The position numbers and the translations under genes are program-made. Below are positions 15,421 through 26,727 of a stretch of DNA of 64,000 nt, piece by piece. Source of the DNA: the human T2T-CHM13v2.0 reference genome, Homo sapiens; the NCBI RefSeq assembly GCF_009914755.1, contig NC_060928.1; one strand, 5' to 3'. Below the pieces are notes generated by a model. That model was not told the DNA's origin. It worked only from the letters and a program-made list of their open reading frames with translations, and did no database searches. Numbering within the stretch: the first letter of the stretch is position 1; each line of letters starts with the position of its first letter.

Positions 15421-15744
15421 CCTGGGAAGTTGAGAGAAGTTTGATTTGGCTAACTCTAATTGCACCATTGAGCGGAAGCAGGGTGGGGTTCATCATGAAA
15501 GCTGGCTTTTTCTTGCAGGGTGACTTCTTCAGATCAGGATGCAGCAACATTTTCAAACAGGAGAACATCCTGATAAAGGTCTAAACTATGATCCCATGGA
15601 CAAGGGAGGCTCAGCAAGTGGTTGGAGTTTCAGGATTTCCAGGTACATGCAGAACTTGAAATTCTTCACATATCTCCATTTCAATTCTCCAGTGCTTATT
15701 CACTCCTGACCAGTGGGCTGCACGATGTGCAATCAAGCATATGG

Positions 15745-15962
15745 ATGGTGAATCAGTCTAATTATTTTTGTCCTTGCTCCAATACTACCAGCTATTTGAC
15801 CTATGAGAATTTGCTTAACTTCTTTATGCCTTAGTTTCCTAACCCATGAAACATGGAAGACAATAGTACTTACTTAATAGGGTGTTTCTGAATATTAAGT
15901 ATGATAATATAAATATAGCACTTAGTACAGTGTCTTGAATATAGCATTTTCTAAGTGTTAGC
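15745..15962 (+). mobile_element. MIR SINE
   Basis: TACCAGCTATTTGACCTATGAGAATTTGCTTAACTTCTTTATGCCTTAGTTTCCT...AGCACTTAGTACAGTGTCT. Confidence 0.7.
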
Positions 15963-17275
15963 CAGGACTATCATTCTGAGACTTGGTGAGGCTGGGCATT
16001 CAACAGATGGTGCAACTGGTGCAGATGGACAACTTACAGCATGAAACTTTGGCCACAGCAGCCCTGCAGCTGCCTGAACTAAATAATTATTTTGCATGAT
16101 TTTAGAAAGTCCCTGGGTTTTTAAATGTATTTGACTTAAGCCAAGAATTTAGAATTTTGAACTTTTTAATAAGTTAATACTTTTTCTGTTCTAATTATAT
16201 TTCACGACAGAGTATGTTTATGATATTTTTCATTATAGAAATAATATAGGTTTGTTGAAAAAAAATGGCCACCATAGATAAATGTTAGTAAGAAAGTTAA
16301 AATAAAATGAAAGCTCTTTACCTTAAGGTAACATTAAAATTGTGGTGAATTTTCTCTTACACATCTCTGTATACATCTACGAAGCTCTGAGGTCCTGCGT
16401 CTCTCCAGGAGTCCCAGGAAGTCCAGGCTCCAATCAGGTCTCAAAGTTCCCTCCTGGTACAAAAGCAACTAAGTGTTGCATTCATTTTCCCCGTCAAGAT
16501 CTTGGAAGAATAGAGGCCGTGTTTGTACTGTACCAGCTCCTGAAACTGCCCTGCTTAGAAAACAGATGGTAATTGACTTGTATTTGAGAGAGGCAGGCTG
16601 TAGACTCATTCATGTCTCCCTTTTGCAGTATCCACATTCTCTTTAATAAGTGTCTATATAAAAAGTGCCAACAGATTAACCTTTCTCACACTCCAGTCTT
16701 TTTATTCACATCCTTTACACAGCCTGTGGGCTGGGCAACATGGTCACAGAAAGCCTTACTCTAGAGGATATTTTATTCTAGAAGACAATATATAGCACAG
16801 ATTTTCTTCCTTCATGACCATTTATTTATGACTTTTTGTTTTACCATCTCTTGAAACATTTACCTCTTTGTGAATGACTCTGTTCTTTTTTAGTATAATG
16901 ACTTTTTTTAACCTAAAGATATATATTTCTAAAGATATATATGATACAATATTTTAACATTATGTTTCTAAGCAAAGACATCCTCATCAATAGACTTGAC
17001 ACACAGTGTACAGTCAGACAATATTATATAAAACAATGTTTGGATGAATAAGAAATTATGTTTTGTATATGCATGCCAAGTGAAAGGGCATGAAAGGGGT
17101 GCACCTTCTATGACTTTTGAGTCCGTTTTGTGCCTGCACTATTTCCATATTTTAAAGTCTCTGTGTACAAATGTTTTTCACCCTAAAAGTGGTTTGTATG
17201 TTATAATGTTATTTTTAAGTGCAGTTTGTGGTGGAAAATTGATGAATAAAATGGTGCAAAAGAAGAGCATACCTG

Positions 17276-17393
17276 TGTGCACCTGTGGCCCCAGCTATTC
17301 AGGAGGGTCACTTGAGCCCATGAGGTTGAGGCTACAGTGAGCAATGTTCCCACCCACTCACTCCAGCCTGGGCAGTAGAGGAAGACCCTTTCT

Positions 17394-17424
<31 letters not shown>
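17276..17424 (+). mobile_element. Alu right-monomer fragment (FRAM/AluJ) with A30 tail
   Basis: GTGCACCTGTGGCCCCAGCTA...CACTCCAGCCTGGGCA..., followed by 30 A. Confidence 0.85.
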
Positions 17425-17429
<5 letters not shown>

Positions 17430-17780
17430 TACCTTCCAAAGAATAACTGCCTTGAGCTCTCTCTCTTTCTCCAGTGACTATTTTCTACGTTCAGTCTCCT
17501 CATTCCTTTTCAGTGAAGACAGTAAATCTTCATGGCACTTAATTTTATGTGTAAGCTGTACTTATTTACTTTTAATTGTTGTTCTTAATTATATAAACTT
17601 GTTTTCTTTGTTCAATTGATATAGTTTTCTATCCACTGGAAATTGAGTATTTTGGATTGGATGAAATGAATCATAATTTGATTCATCAAAATTAATGGAA
17701 AAAATGTCATATAATGGCTTTTCATTTAGCAGGAAAGTTTTTAGAAATGAAGTAAAATTATGGGGAAGGATATTAAATAT

Positions 17781-18235
17781 ATACGGAAGCTAAAGCAACT
17801 CCATTTTGGATGGGAGGCTAAAGCAGCTCCACCTTGGAAACTAATCTGCCATGTTGGCTTAACTGATTAACTCCAATATCTGGAAGGCCTCTAAAATTTC
17901 CATTTATCTATTGTTCCTTGTGTAAGAGAAGGTACTTAACTTTAAATCCTGTCCTTAGGTCAAACAACCTTGATGTTATCACACTTCAATTGGCCTACAA
18001 ATTCCATCTGAGCCACTAATTTCACTATGGTGTGTAAGCCCTGGATCAGAGACATAATGGTGCCAGGATCCGCCATCTTGTCTTGCCACCACCAAAGACA
18101 CAGACATGGCTTCTGTTCCTTAAGTCCCTATTAAATGTTTGTTTCTAAGAAACAGGATATGTCAGCCTCTTTCTTAGGCCTCTCAGCTTCCTTGGACATT
18201 GGTGTAGGTTTGCACAGACCTGCCTATCTTGAAAT
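17781..18235 (+). mobile_element. LTR47-like ERVL solo LTR
   Basis: Starts GGAAGCTAAAGCAACTCCAT and contains CTAATCTGCCATGTTG and GGTCAAACAACCTTGATGTTATC. An ATTAAA lies near the 3' end. Confidence 0.7.
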
Positions 18236-18401
18236 GGTCTAGGTGTACTTATTTAGCTGCTTCATCACTGTTTCCCATGGACTTCTGATTCCTACTGGGG
18301 ACTATTCATGAGACTGTCTACCTGTAGTCTCCAATAGCTAGGTAATAAATCCTAGATTCTCCATATTTTTATTTCTTACAAACTTCTTCCTATTATTAAT
18401 A

Positions 18402-18830
18402 ACTGTATTTGTTAGGATTTTTGCTTATAAGAGTGAAACAAAATCTGTCATAGCAACATTGGGATTTTCTGGAATTATATAAGGGATTCACAGAATTGAG
18501 GACAGACTGGAAGAAGAAATCAAAGCTACAGGGTCAGTCAGTCCTGGAAACTACAGTCCAAAGTTGCTGGTGGGTACTAATACTGCCACCAGATCATTAC
18601 TAGTGCCATTGGGTCTGACTTTTGCATCATTAATTCTAATAATCTCTGGTCATTGGCTCATTTGGTCCACATCAAAAGTAGTGGGACAGTCTCATTGACT
18701 GAACTTGGGTCATGTGTTTTCTGCCTTTGGATTCTGTAGTGGAAGGTGGGGCTCTGCATCCCTTCTGCATAGCCCCCATGGGAGATTCTCCTGAAAGATA
18801 ACAGGGGAATTAGTGTTGGAAGTCCTACAG
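18402..18830 (-). mobile_element. Old MLT1-type MaLR LTR (degenerate)
   Basis: TGTATTTGTTAGGAT...CATTGACTGAACTTGGGTCATGTG pattern. Confidence 0.35.
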
Positions 18831-19049
18831 GAAACAAATATCCTTTATTGTTGCCTTCATCTTATAAGTCATAATAAACCTAGTTAGTAAAGAAATAAAT
18901 CTCAAGGAGAGTCATTTTCAGGGAGAAAGGAGACGTGTTAATGTAGCACCATGTGCTAAATTAGGAGGAGGCAGTTTTGTAATAGACATGTTTTTTGTAG
19001 AGATATCTGGGTGAGCTTATTTAACAGGGGCTCTAATGTATAGGCAATC

Positions 19050-19320
19050 TTTTTTTTTTTTTTTTTTTTTTTGAGACAGAGTCTCACTCTCACTCTGTCA
19101 CCAAGCTGGAGTGCAGTGGCATGATCTTGGCTCGCTGCAACCTCTACCTCTAGGGTTCAAGTGATTCTTCTGCCTCAGCCTCCCAAGTAGCTGGGACTAC
19201 AGGTTCACGCCACCACACCCAGCTAGTTTTTGTATTTTTAGTAGAGATGGGGTTTCATCATGTTGGCCAGGATGGTCTCAATCTCTTGACCTTGTGATCC
19301 ACCCGCCTCAGCCTCCCAAA
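19050..19320 (-). mobile_element. AluSc-like SINE, 5'-truncated
   Basis: Diagnostic CCAGGATGGTCTCAATCTCTTGACCTTGTGATCC. TSD TAGGCAA at 19041 and 19321. Confidence 0.92.
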
Positions 19321-19879
19321 TAGGCAACTCTTTTAATTGTCAAAGGCTAATGTGAGGATACCAGAGGAAGTTTAATATTTTAAAGTGCATCACATAAGGG
19401 CCAAATCACATGACGATTTATTGTGTGAACACAGTTTGGATTATCCATATGATATTCATATTGACAGCACTGATTTCATTTTAGGACAACAGCATCATCT
19501 GCTATATTAATGTTGTTAATACACTTTTTGTGGGTTTTGTTTATCAATTTACTTTGGTCTCATACTTTTATGAGAGCTATAAGAATATAGGTTTTCTATC
19601 TATTTCTATGTTTGTGCATACTTAAGTCAGCACAGTACATTTGTGAATGTTTTTTCTTTCAAAGGAGGTAACACATTGCTCATTCTATGGAAACATGACT
19701 CCTAGCTTTGATTAATGCACAGATACTCATTTTTATTCCAAATGCCATTCATCAATATAGTTCTTTTGATACCTTTTATCCCTGCTACTATAAAAATAGG
19801 GATTTTTTTTTTTTTGCTTTGTTTTGTAGTGCTCTCATTTGGAGGCAGTTTAGCTGAATGGTTAAGAATTTAAGTTTTG

Positions 19880-19968
19880 AGCTGGGCACAGTGGCTCACA
19901 CCTGTAATCCCAGCACCTTGGGAGGTGGAGGCAGAAGGATTGCTTGAGCCCAGGAGTTTGAGACCACC
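19880..19968 (+). mobile_element. Alu 5' head only (tailless), inserted into the start of a MIR
   Basis: First ~90 nt of an AluJ/FLAM. AAGTTTT lies on both flanks. Confidence 0.85.
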
Positions 19969-19981
19969 AAGTTTTAGTAAC

Positions 19982-20279
19982 TTATTTTATTTTATTTTAT
20001 TTTTTTTGAGATAGAGTCTTACTCTGTCACTCAGGCTGGAGTGCAATGGCATGATCACAACTCACGGCAGCCTGGGCTCAAGCGATCCTCCACCTCAGCT
20101 CCAAAAGTAGCTGCAACTACATGTGTGCATAACCACACCTGGCTAATTTTTGTATTTTTTGTAGAATTGGGGTCCTATTTTGTTGCTCAGGCTAGTCTCT
20201 AACTCCTGGGTTTAAGCAATATTCCCATCTTGGCCTCCCAAAGTGCTGGGATTACAGGCATGAGCCACCACGCCTGGCC
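19982..20279 (-). mobile_element. AluJ SINE
   Basis: (TTTTA)n tail and full dimer. TSD TAGTAAC. Confidence 0.93.
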
Positions 20280-20544
20280 TAGTAACAAAATACGAAAATT
20301 GTTTTGCCAGACAAAAGTCATCTTTAACATTTGCCCTTACTACCCACACACATACCTGAAATGGTTTCCTGTGGCTGCTGGGTGTGCAAAAAGAGACTCT
20401 AAGGCCTTTAGGCACATGAATTCAGAGCTCAATCCTTCGCTGGGGAATGTAGTTAGAATCCACATGGCTTGAACTCCATAATGGGAGCACACTGGGTCAG
20501 CCATTAACATCCAATTCATGTAAGCTCATGACTGAGGTTGCCCT

Positions 20545-20690
20545 TTGAAACAACCTGAGAGTCTTAAAAAATGCAAATATCTGGGGCTCGTCCCCAGAGA
20601 TTCTGATTTAATTTGTTTGAAATAAGACCTGGGCAACTATTTTTTAAAACTCCTCAGGTGTTTTTAAGGTTCAGCTTTGAAAACCTCTGC
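20545..20690. mobile_element. MER5-type hAT-Charlie MITE
   Basis: AAAAATGCAAATATCTGGGGCTCGTCCCCAGAGATTCTGATTTAATT...CTCCTCAGGTG...TTTGAAAACCTCTG. Confidence 0.7.
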
Positions 20691-21699
20691 TTTGCCTAGC
20701 TTACTTCAGGACCTCATTCTTATCAATTGCCCTCCTCTACATTGTAATTAAGCCATCTGTGGAACAGTTCTCCTATTAGATAGCCAATGACTATTTCACT
20801 AGACATGTTAGACCCTTGATGAATGATGATCATTCATTTCACCTTGGACATACAGCCCAAGAATGTGCATTGCCAATAAACAGCAACTACAAGCAAATGA
20901 GTTAGTTATTGTAATGTACCCCAAAGTGATACTTCACTGATTTCTGAGAAAAAGAAAAATACAATTTATTTTTGGACAGTGATGTGATACAGAAGATCTC
21001 TATATTAGGATGGTGAGATATGAGGGAGGCTTTGGGTGGTTAGAGGGTTTATTCAATCCTATGATTCTGTGATTCTAGGTATCTGAGATCTAAAAAGTAA
21101 AGCAGCAATGGGGTTAGAAAAAAAGATTTGGACAATGAAAAGAAGGTTGTGAAATCAAAAGCCTGAGTTCTTATTTCTTTCTCGTCTTCTGTTAGGGGCC
21201 TTGCGCAAATACCACAATGAATTTACCTCCAAGCCTCCCATTAGACACAAAGCCACTTTTACTCAGAGGTTTAGTTCTCTCTTCCATTCCCTGGCAGACA
21301 AATCCTAAATTGATTCCTCTAAATCGATTTCCTCTTTCTCTTTACATTATTAACATTGCTACTAAAACTTTACTGTACTCATAGATTCAAATGGGTTCAG
21401 ATTTTCCAAAACATTTCTTGCCATAATGAAGGTGCAGCCACCAGCACGAATTTACTTGTCTCGGTTTGTGGTGGAAAAAAGTGAGAATGGCAAACTAGCA
21501 AGCTTCTACTTCTTCTGGCACATATCAGCCCCCTCCATTTTACCTGAATATCTCCTTCTCTGACCTACAGCCTTTGGACATTTGCTTAAATTCCAATGCA
21601 TACCTACATATGCAGCTGTTTAGTGCCCACTTCCATCTGGGAAGTAGAAGCCTCGCTCGTTGCAACCTCTTTCGCCTTCTTCACCTTCTCTAGCTGCTC

Positions 21700-21945
21700 T
21701 CTCTTCTTTGCTCCCAGTGAGAGTGAATGGTTCCACCATGAACCCGGGGCCTAAAGCCAGGAAGCTGTGTGGTATCCGTACTATTTTCTTTTACCATGAT
21801 CTCCAATCCATCACTACTATCCCTCCGAAGTATCCTGGAATCTATTCACTTCTCTCCATCTCTACTATGGAAGCTTTTAAGTATGCCATCACTATATCTC
21901 ATCTGAATTACTGTGACAGTCTCCTTACTGATCTCCTTGCCATTA
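21700..21945 (+). mobile_element. L2 fragment
   Basis: GTGAATGGTTCCACCAT...AAGCCAGGAAGCT...CACTTCTCTCCATCTCTACT...CTGAATTACTGTGACAGTCTCCTTACTG. Confidence 0.6.
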
Positions 21946-22499
21946 GCTTAGTTCCCTGGAGTTGCCATGGAGACATTCTTTCCTGTAAGGACAATAGGGA
22001 ATGTAGCTTGAGAGTTTTAGAAATGACAAGTGTAGCATCTCAGTCATTTTTCCAGTGAACCTGAGAATTAGGGAAAACTTATTTGTTACCAAAATCATGA
22101 CTTCACACTTATTCCTAGGTTGTAATGCTTTGGAAAACATAAGTTGTTATTATTTTGTCGTTTTGAGGAAGTTTTTATTACATGTTTTTGATTTGATTCT
22201 CATATACTATAGACATTATCTGATCTATTCTTGCAATACTCCTAAGTGATTACAATTAACCACAAACAATTGTTTCTACTTTATGGGTAGGGAGATTGAT
22301 GCAGAGAAAGTATTTTTATGTCCAGTCATGCAATAGCTTCAATCAATAATCAATCAATAATCAATCAGAAATAAAGCCAGGTTTCTCCAACTTCTGACTT
22401 TACTATCTCTTGACTATGACTATATAGGCTGGCTGGTGAGGGGTAAAGAGTGAGGGGAGATAACCAAAACCTTGATTATTAGTGGTTATTTAAATTCAC

Positions 22500-22660
22500 A
22501 GCAGGTAATGGGAAAATATAGGACCACGAGTTAGCAAGAAAGTTTGATTTTCACTGGTGGCTCTGCTACTCATTTGTTGAGTGACCTTTCAATAAGTCAC
22601 TTCTTAGCCTCTCTGGGTTTCATTTCTTCCTTTTCAGGTAAGATAGGTATTTGGACCACA
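22500..22660 (+). mobile_element. MIR fragment
   Basis: GGCTCTGCTACTCATTTGTTGAGTGACCTTTCAATAAGTCACTT...CCTCTCTGGGTTTCATTTCTTC. Confidence 0.55.
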
Positions 22661-24038
22661 TCTGAGATAGTTGACCTGGGCTCTATGGAACCCCCCATCC
22701 TGCCACCAGTCTCATCGTCCATGGATGGATTTCAAGGAGTTGGCAAACTAAACCTGTACCACCTGTGGAACACATGCACTTTTCTAAGCAGGAGGTTCAG
22801 AGACAATATCAGAATTTTAAAGAAGTCTGTGATAAAAAATTATTGACAACAAACAAATGAATAAAATTAGAATATACTGCCTAATAAATACCTAGGATCA
22901 AGTATTTTTAGGATTAAATGTGGTTATGTAACAAGAAAAGCTCCTTGCCCAGTGTAATTTCCAAGTATGAATTGTTATCAAATTTCAAAACACATAGCCC
23001 CCAAGTCAACCTTCAGAGAGATGTAAATAAATATGAGAGGTCAATCCATGATGTCTTTGTATCAGAATGCATTTGGAATCCTGATACTTTTAAATCTCTT
23101 CATTTGTCTTTAGTTCAGATTATATGGCTCCATTTTTTGTGTGTGTGAGAACTCCTGAGGAATTGTTGAGTCATTCATTTTGCAGACATGTGGGTACTCT
23201 AACTTCTCACAATGTGTTAATGTTTTAAATAAAAATGTACTTAAGAGGGCAAACAGTGACATTCCAATATGTACAGCTCGTATTTTTGTTTGCAAACCCA
23301 ATTAAACACATCATCTTGAAATCGTGAAATCATTCCAGAAACTGTACATGGCTTTCGAAAAAAAAAAAAAAGATTTTGGCAGCAAATAGGGGAGTTTCCT
23401 TGGAATTTCTGAATGCTTATATTATGCTCAGTGGGAGTTTGCTGCTGGAGCACTTGGAACTTGTCTGTGTTTGGAAAGCTGGGGAATTCTTATCATTGTA
23501 CACATGGGAAAATATAGCAATTTTTTATTTGGAGGATGCAGTGAAATGAATGGTGGTCCATCTGGTGGTCAGGGAAATGTTGAATGATTCCCAATTTAAC
23601 TTTTCTGTTCAGCCCTAGAATGCCTTTGATGCACATTCCCATGCAAATGTCTTTATACTTCTCTTTCTAGGCAACAACAACAATGCCAGTGATTGTTATC
23701 TATGCAAAGACTGAAGCCACTGCTCTAAGGTTGTGAAATTCTAGACGGTCTGCAACATCTCTGTCTCCTTCATTTCTATTCTTATCTTATACCACAATCA
23801 CCATGTCTAACTCAGTCTTCACACAGGCATTTTATAGATACTTCCCTTACACTGAAGAGTAAGAATTATCTTCTTCATGCATTCTTGTTCATACATACAT
23901 TTTTTTTTTCAGGATAGTTTTGTGCTTATCAGTTAAACAACCTGTAAGTAAATATTTCATTTTTTCTCTCTCCTTATGCATATTCTCTATCTCAGTAAAT
24001 TCGTTTAACACATATGCTCTACAAGGCCCTTGATATTA

Positions 24039-24287
<249 letters not shown>

Positions 24288-24444
24288 TCAAAATGGTAAT
24301 TAATTAATCTGTTTTTGTCTCTCTCACCAGGTACTATTGGTACCTATTCAATGTTATTCCTAGCATCTACACATTGTGGGGCAAAACATGTACTTGTTGA
24401 ATAAATTAATGAATTATGGCTAGGGCAATAATATTCTTTTTAAT

Positions 24445-24541
24445 ATATAGCATAACTGTATTTATTTAAGAATATATTCCAATATCAAAGGGAAAATTCC
24501 AACAATGCAAAAACCATGATTCCTTTTGCACGGACCTAATA
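24445..24541 (-). mobile_element. Hsmar1 mariner 5' end (TIR plus subterminal sequence)
   Basis: Minus strand TA|TTAGGTCCGTGCAAAAGGAATCATGGTTTTTGCATTGTTGGAATTTTCCCTTTGATATTGGAATATATTCTTAAATAAAT matches the Hsmar1 left end. Confidence 0.8.
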
Positions 24542-24808
24542 TGTACCGATGGGTTATACATGCCAATCAAGTAAAGGATTATCAAGTAAGTGTGATTTTT
24601 TAGTATGGACATTAAGTTGCTGATCACAGATTTTGACTTCAGTGGTGGAGCGTCTCATCGACATCTAAGGCAAACTCAGGAATTCCTAGAGCTGAGTCAG
24701 CATTTCTGTCAAGAATTGGCTTTGGGTCCATTCTGGCAAAAGAACACCTGCAGTATTGAATCCCTAAAACTTTACCCTAAAAACAGGATCAGGATGATTC
24801 CTAAATAC

Positions 24809-25024
24809 TTATTTTTTATTTTTATTTTTTCCGTAAGTTATTCGGGTACAGGTCGTATTGAGTTACATGAGTAAGTTCTTTAGTGGTGATTTGTGAGATT
24901 TTGGTGCACCCATCACCCAAGCAGTATACACTGCACCATATTTGTAGTCTTTTATCCCTCGACCCCCTCCCACTCTTCCCCTAAAGTCCCCAAAGTCCAT
25001 TGTATCATTCTTATGCCTTTGCGT
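24809..25024 (-). mobile_element. L1PB-type 3' end fragment
   Basis: T-rich tail, then GAGTAAGTTCTTTAGTGGTGATTTGTGAGATTTTGGTGCACCCATCACCC...AAAGTCCATTGTATCATTCTTATGCCTTTGCGT. Confidence 0.85.
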
Positions 25025-25407
25025 AGGACAACAATATTCTAATAGAGGCACATTCAAGCTTCAGTGGAGGCAACTAGGATCTTCTTAATTCGGCATAGAG
25101 ACATCAGAGGTTTCACAAAAAAAGACAATGTCTAAGCTGAGACTTATAAGAATCAGTAGGCGTCAAGGAAAACAGGTAAGTTGACTACGTTTCTGTTGGA
25201 TGCAGCAAAATATAAATACAGGAGCTGTTAGGAGATAGAGCTGAAAAGAACTTTTTTCCTGTAGGTTGGCATTTCCTAAAGTGTGTTCTGAGAACAGTGG
25301 TCCTATCTGTTGCTCAGAGAAAGTAGTTTTCCATGGTACGCTGGTAAATGTTTAACAACTGGCTTCCTTGAAAAAATAAGTCTAAAACTTCTCACTTTAG
25401 GTTGCAG

Positions 25408-25550
25408 CCTAAAACTTCTTAAAAGAGGTATGGCTCAAGCAGAAATTTTAAAAGATAAAATAAGATTCAGAATAGCCATTCTAATGGGGGAAAATTACTT
25501 TTATCCGGAATTGTTAAAAAAGAAAAAAGAAGATAATAGAAAAAAGCAAA
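25408..25550 (-). repeat. Inverted duplicate of 26272-26414 (143 bp, 8 mismatches by eye)
   Basis: Base-by-base comparison with the reverse complement of 26272-26414. Confidence 0.92.
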
Positions 25551-25726
25551 AGGCGGATCACTTGAGGTCAGGAGTTCGAGGCCAGCCTGGCCAACATGGT
25601 GAAACCCCATTTCTACTAAAAATGCAAAAATTAGCCAGGTGTAGTGGCAGGCACCTGTAATCCCAGATACTCAGGAGGATGAGGCAGAAGAATTGCTTGA
25701 GCCCGGGAAACGGAGGTTGCAGTGAG
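25550..25726 (+). mobile_element. Internal Alu segment, a local direct copy of the Alu at 26413-26710
   Basis: No head and no tail. It shares non-consensus bases with 26462-26643 (CCCAGATACTCAGGAGGATGAGGCAGAAG, TGCAAAAATTAG, GGGAAA). Confidence 0.88.
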
Positions 25727-26412
25727 GACTAAAAAATTCCTGATTTGTAACATTTGTTGGGAAGAAATGCTGAGTAGCACATCATTCTATAATATTTCCA
25801 TCACAGTTATACAGGAGATGTGCACAGATACATAGATATTAGTACATGTAGTCACATGATTAGGAAATGATAAATGTTGAGTGTTTATTGCTTTAGTTTT
25901 TAATATAATTTATCCAATTGTAAATTTTTTATAATTTGTATGATGGCTGTTTACTGGTTTTCCTAATTCACAAAACTTTAACATTTGACTTTTATAAGCT
26001 GATAACAGCTGGATTCAGCATATCACAGGTCAAGTATACTCAGGGAACATGGTTTAATACAGTATATTTGTTATATATTAAAGGGCCTGAGAAGTCTTGA
26101 AGCAAAAATACATGTCTTAGCTTACTGGTTGAACAACAAAACCCATTTTTCGTATACTAGGTATTAACAAGTCACATAGCCAGAGCACCATGGCATCATA
26201 TATTTTGGAGGCATGGTGACTCAGTATTCAATGTGCTTATCTCTTTTCTATTACTGGAAATGGTAATCAAATTTACTTTTTTCTATTATCTTCTTTTTTG
26301 TTTTTTACCAATTCCTGATAAAAGTAATTTACCCCCATTAGAATGGCTACTCTGAATCTTATTTTGTCTTTTAAAATTTCTGCTTGAGCCATACATCTTT
26401 TAAGAAGTTTTA

Positions 26413-26710
26413 GGTTGGGTGCAGTGGCTCACGCCTGTAATCCCAGCACTTTGGGGAGGCCAAGGCGGGTGCATCACTTGAGGTCAGGAGTTCAAGATCA
26501 GGCTGGCCAACATGGTGAAACCCCATTTCTACTAAAAGTGCAAAAATTAGCTGGGCTTTAGTGGCAGGCACCTGTAATCCCAGATACTCAGGAGGATGAG
26601 GCAGAAGGATTGCTTGAGCCTGGGAAATGGAGGTTGCAGTGAGTTGAGATCACGCCATTGCACTCCAGCCTGGGTGGCAGAGTGAGACTCCATCTCAAAA
26701 GAAAAAAAGA
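26413..26710 (+). mobile_element. AluS-type SINE
   Basis: Full dimer. TSD AAGAAGTTTT. Confidence 0.95.
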
Positions 26711-26727
26711 AGTTTTTCTCATTACCC

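Larger units (their letters stand above)
25331..26028. mobile_element. MER63-like hAT element, split by a 354-bp templated insertion (25377-25730)
   Basis: Ends are ...GCTGGTAAATGTTTAACAACTGGC and GCTGGATTCAGCATATCACAG. The sequence rejoins across an A-run (AAAAAA|AAAAAATTCCTGATTTGTA). Confidence 0.55.

Noticed and set aside
15519-15642. Candidate 124-nt plus-strand exon (TTTTTCTTGCAG| ... CAG|GTACAT)
   Set aside because: All three frames have stops and the donor is weak. It could only be a non-coding exon, and nothing here supports that.
22341-22367. AATCAATAATC tandem resembling PBX/CUX/DUX motifs
   Set aside because: Short slippage repeat inside a degenerate MIR-like stretch, with no independent evidence.
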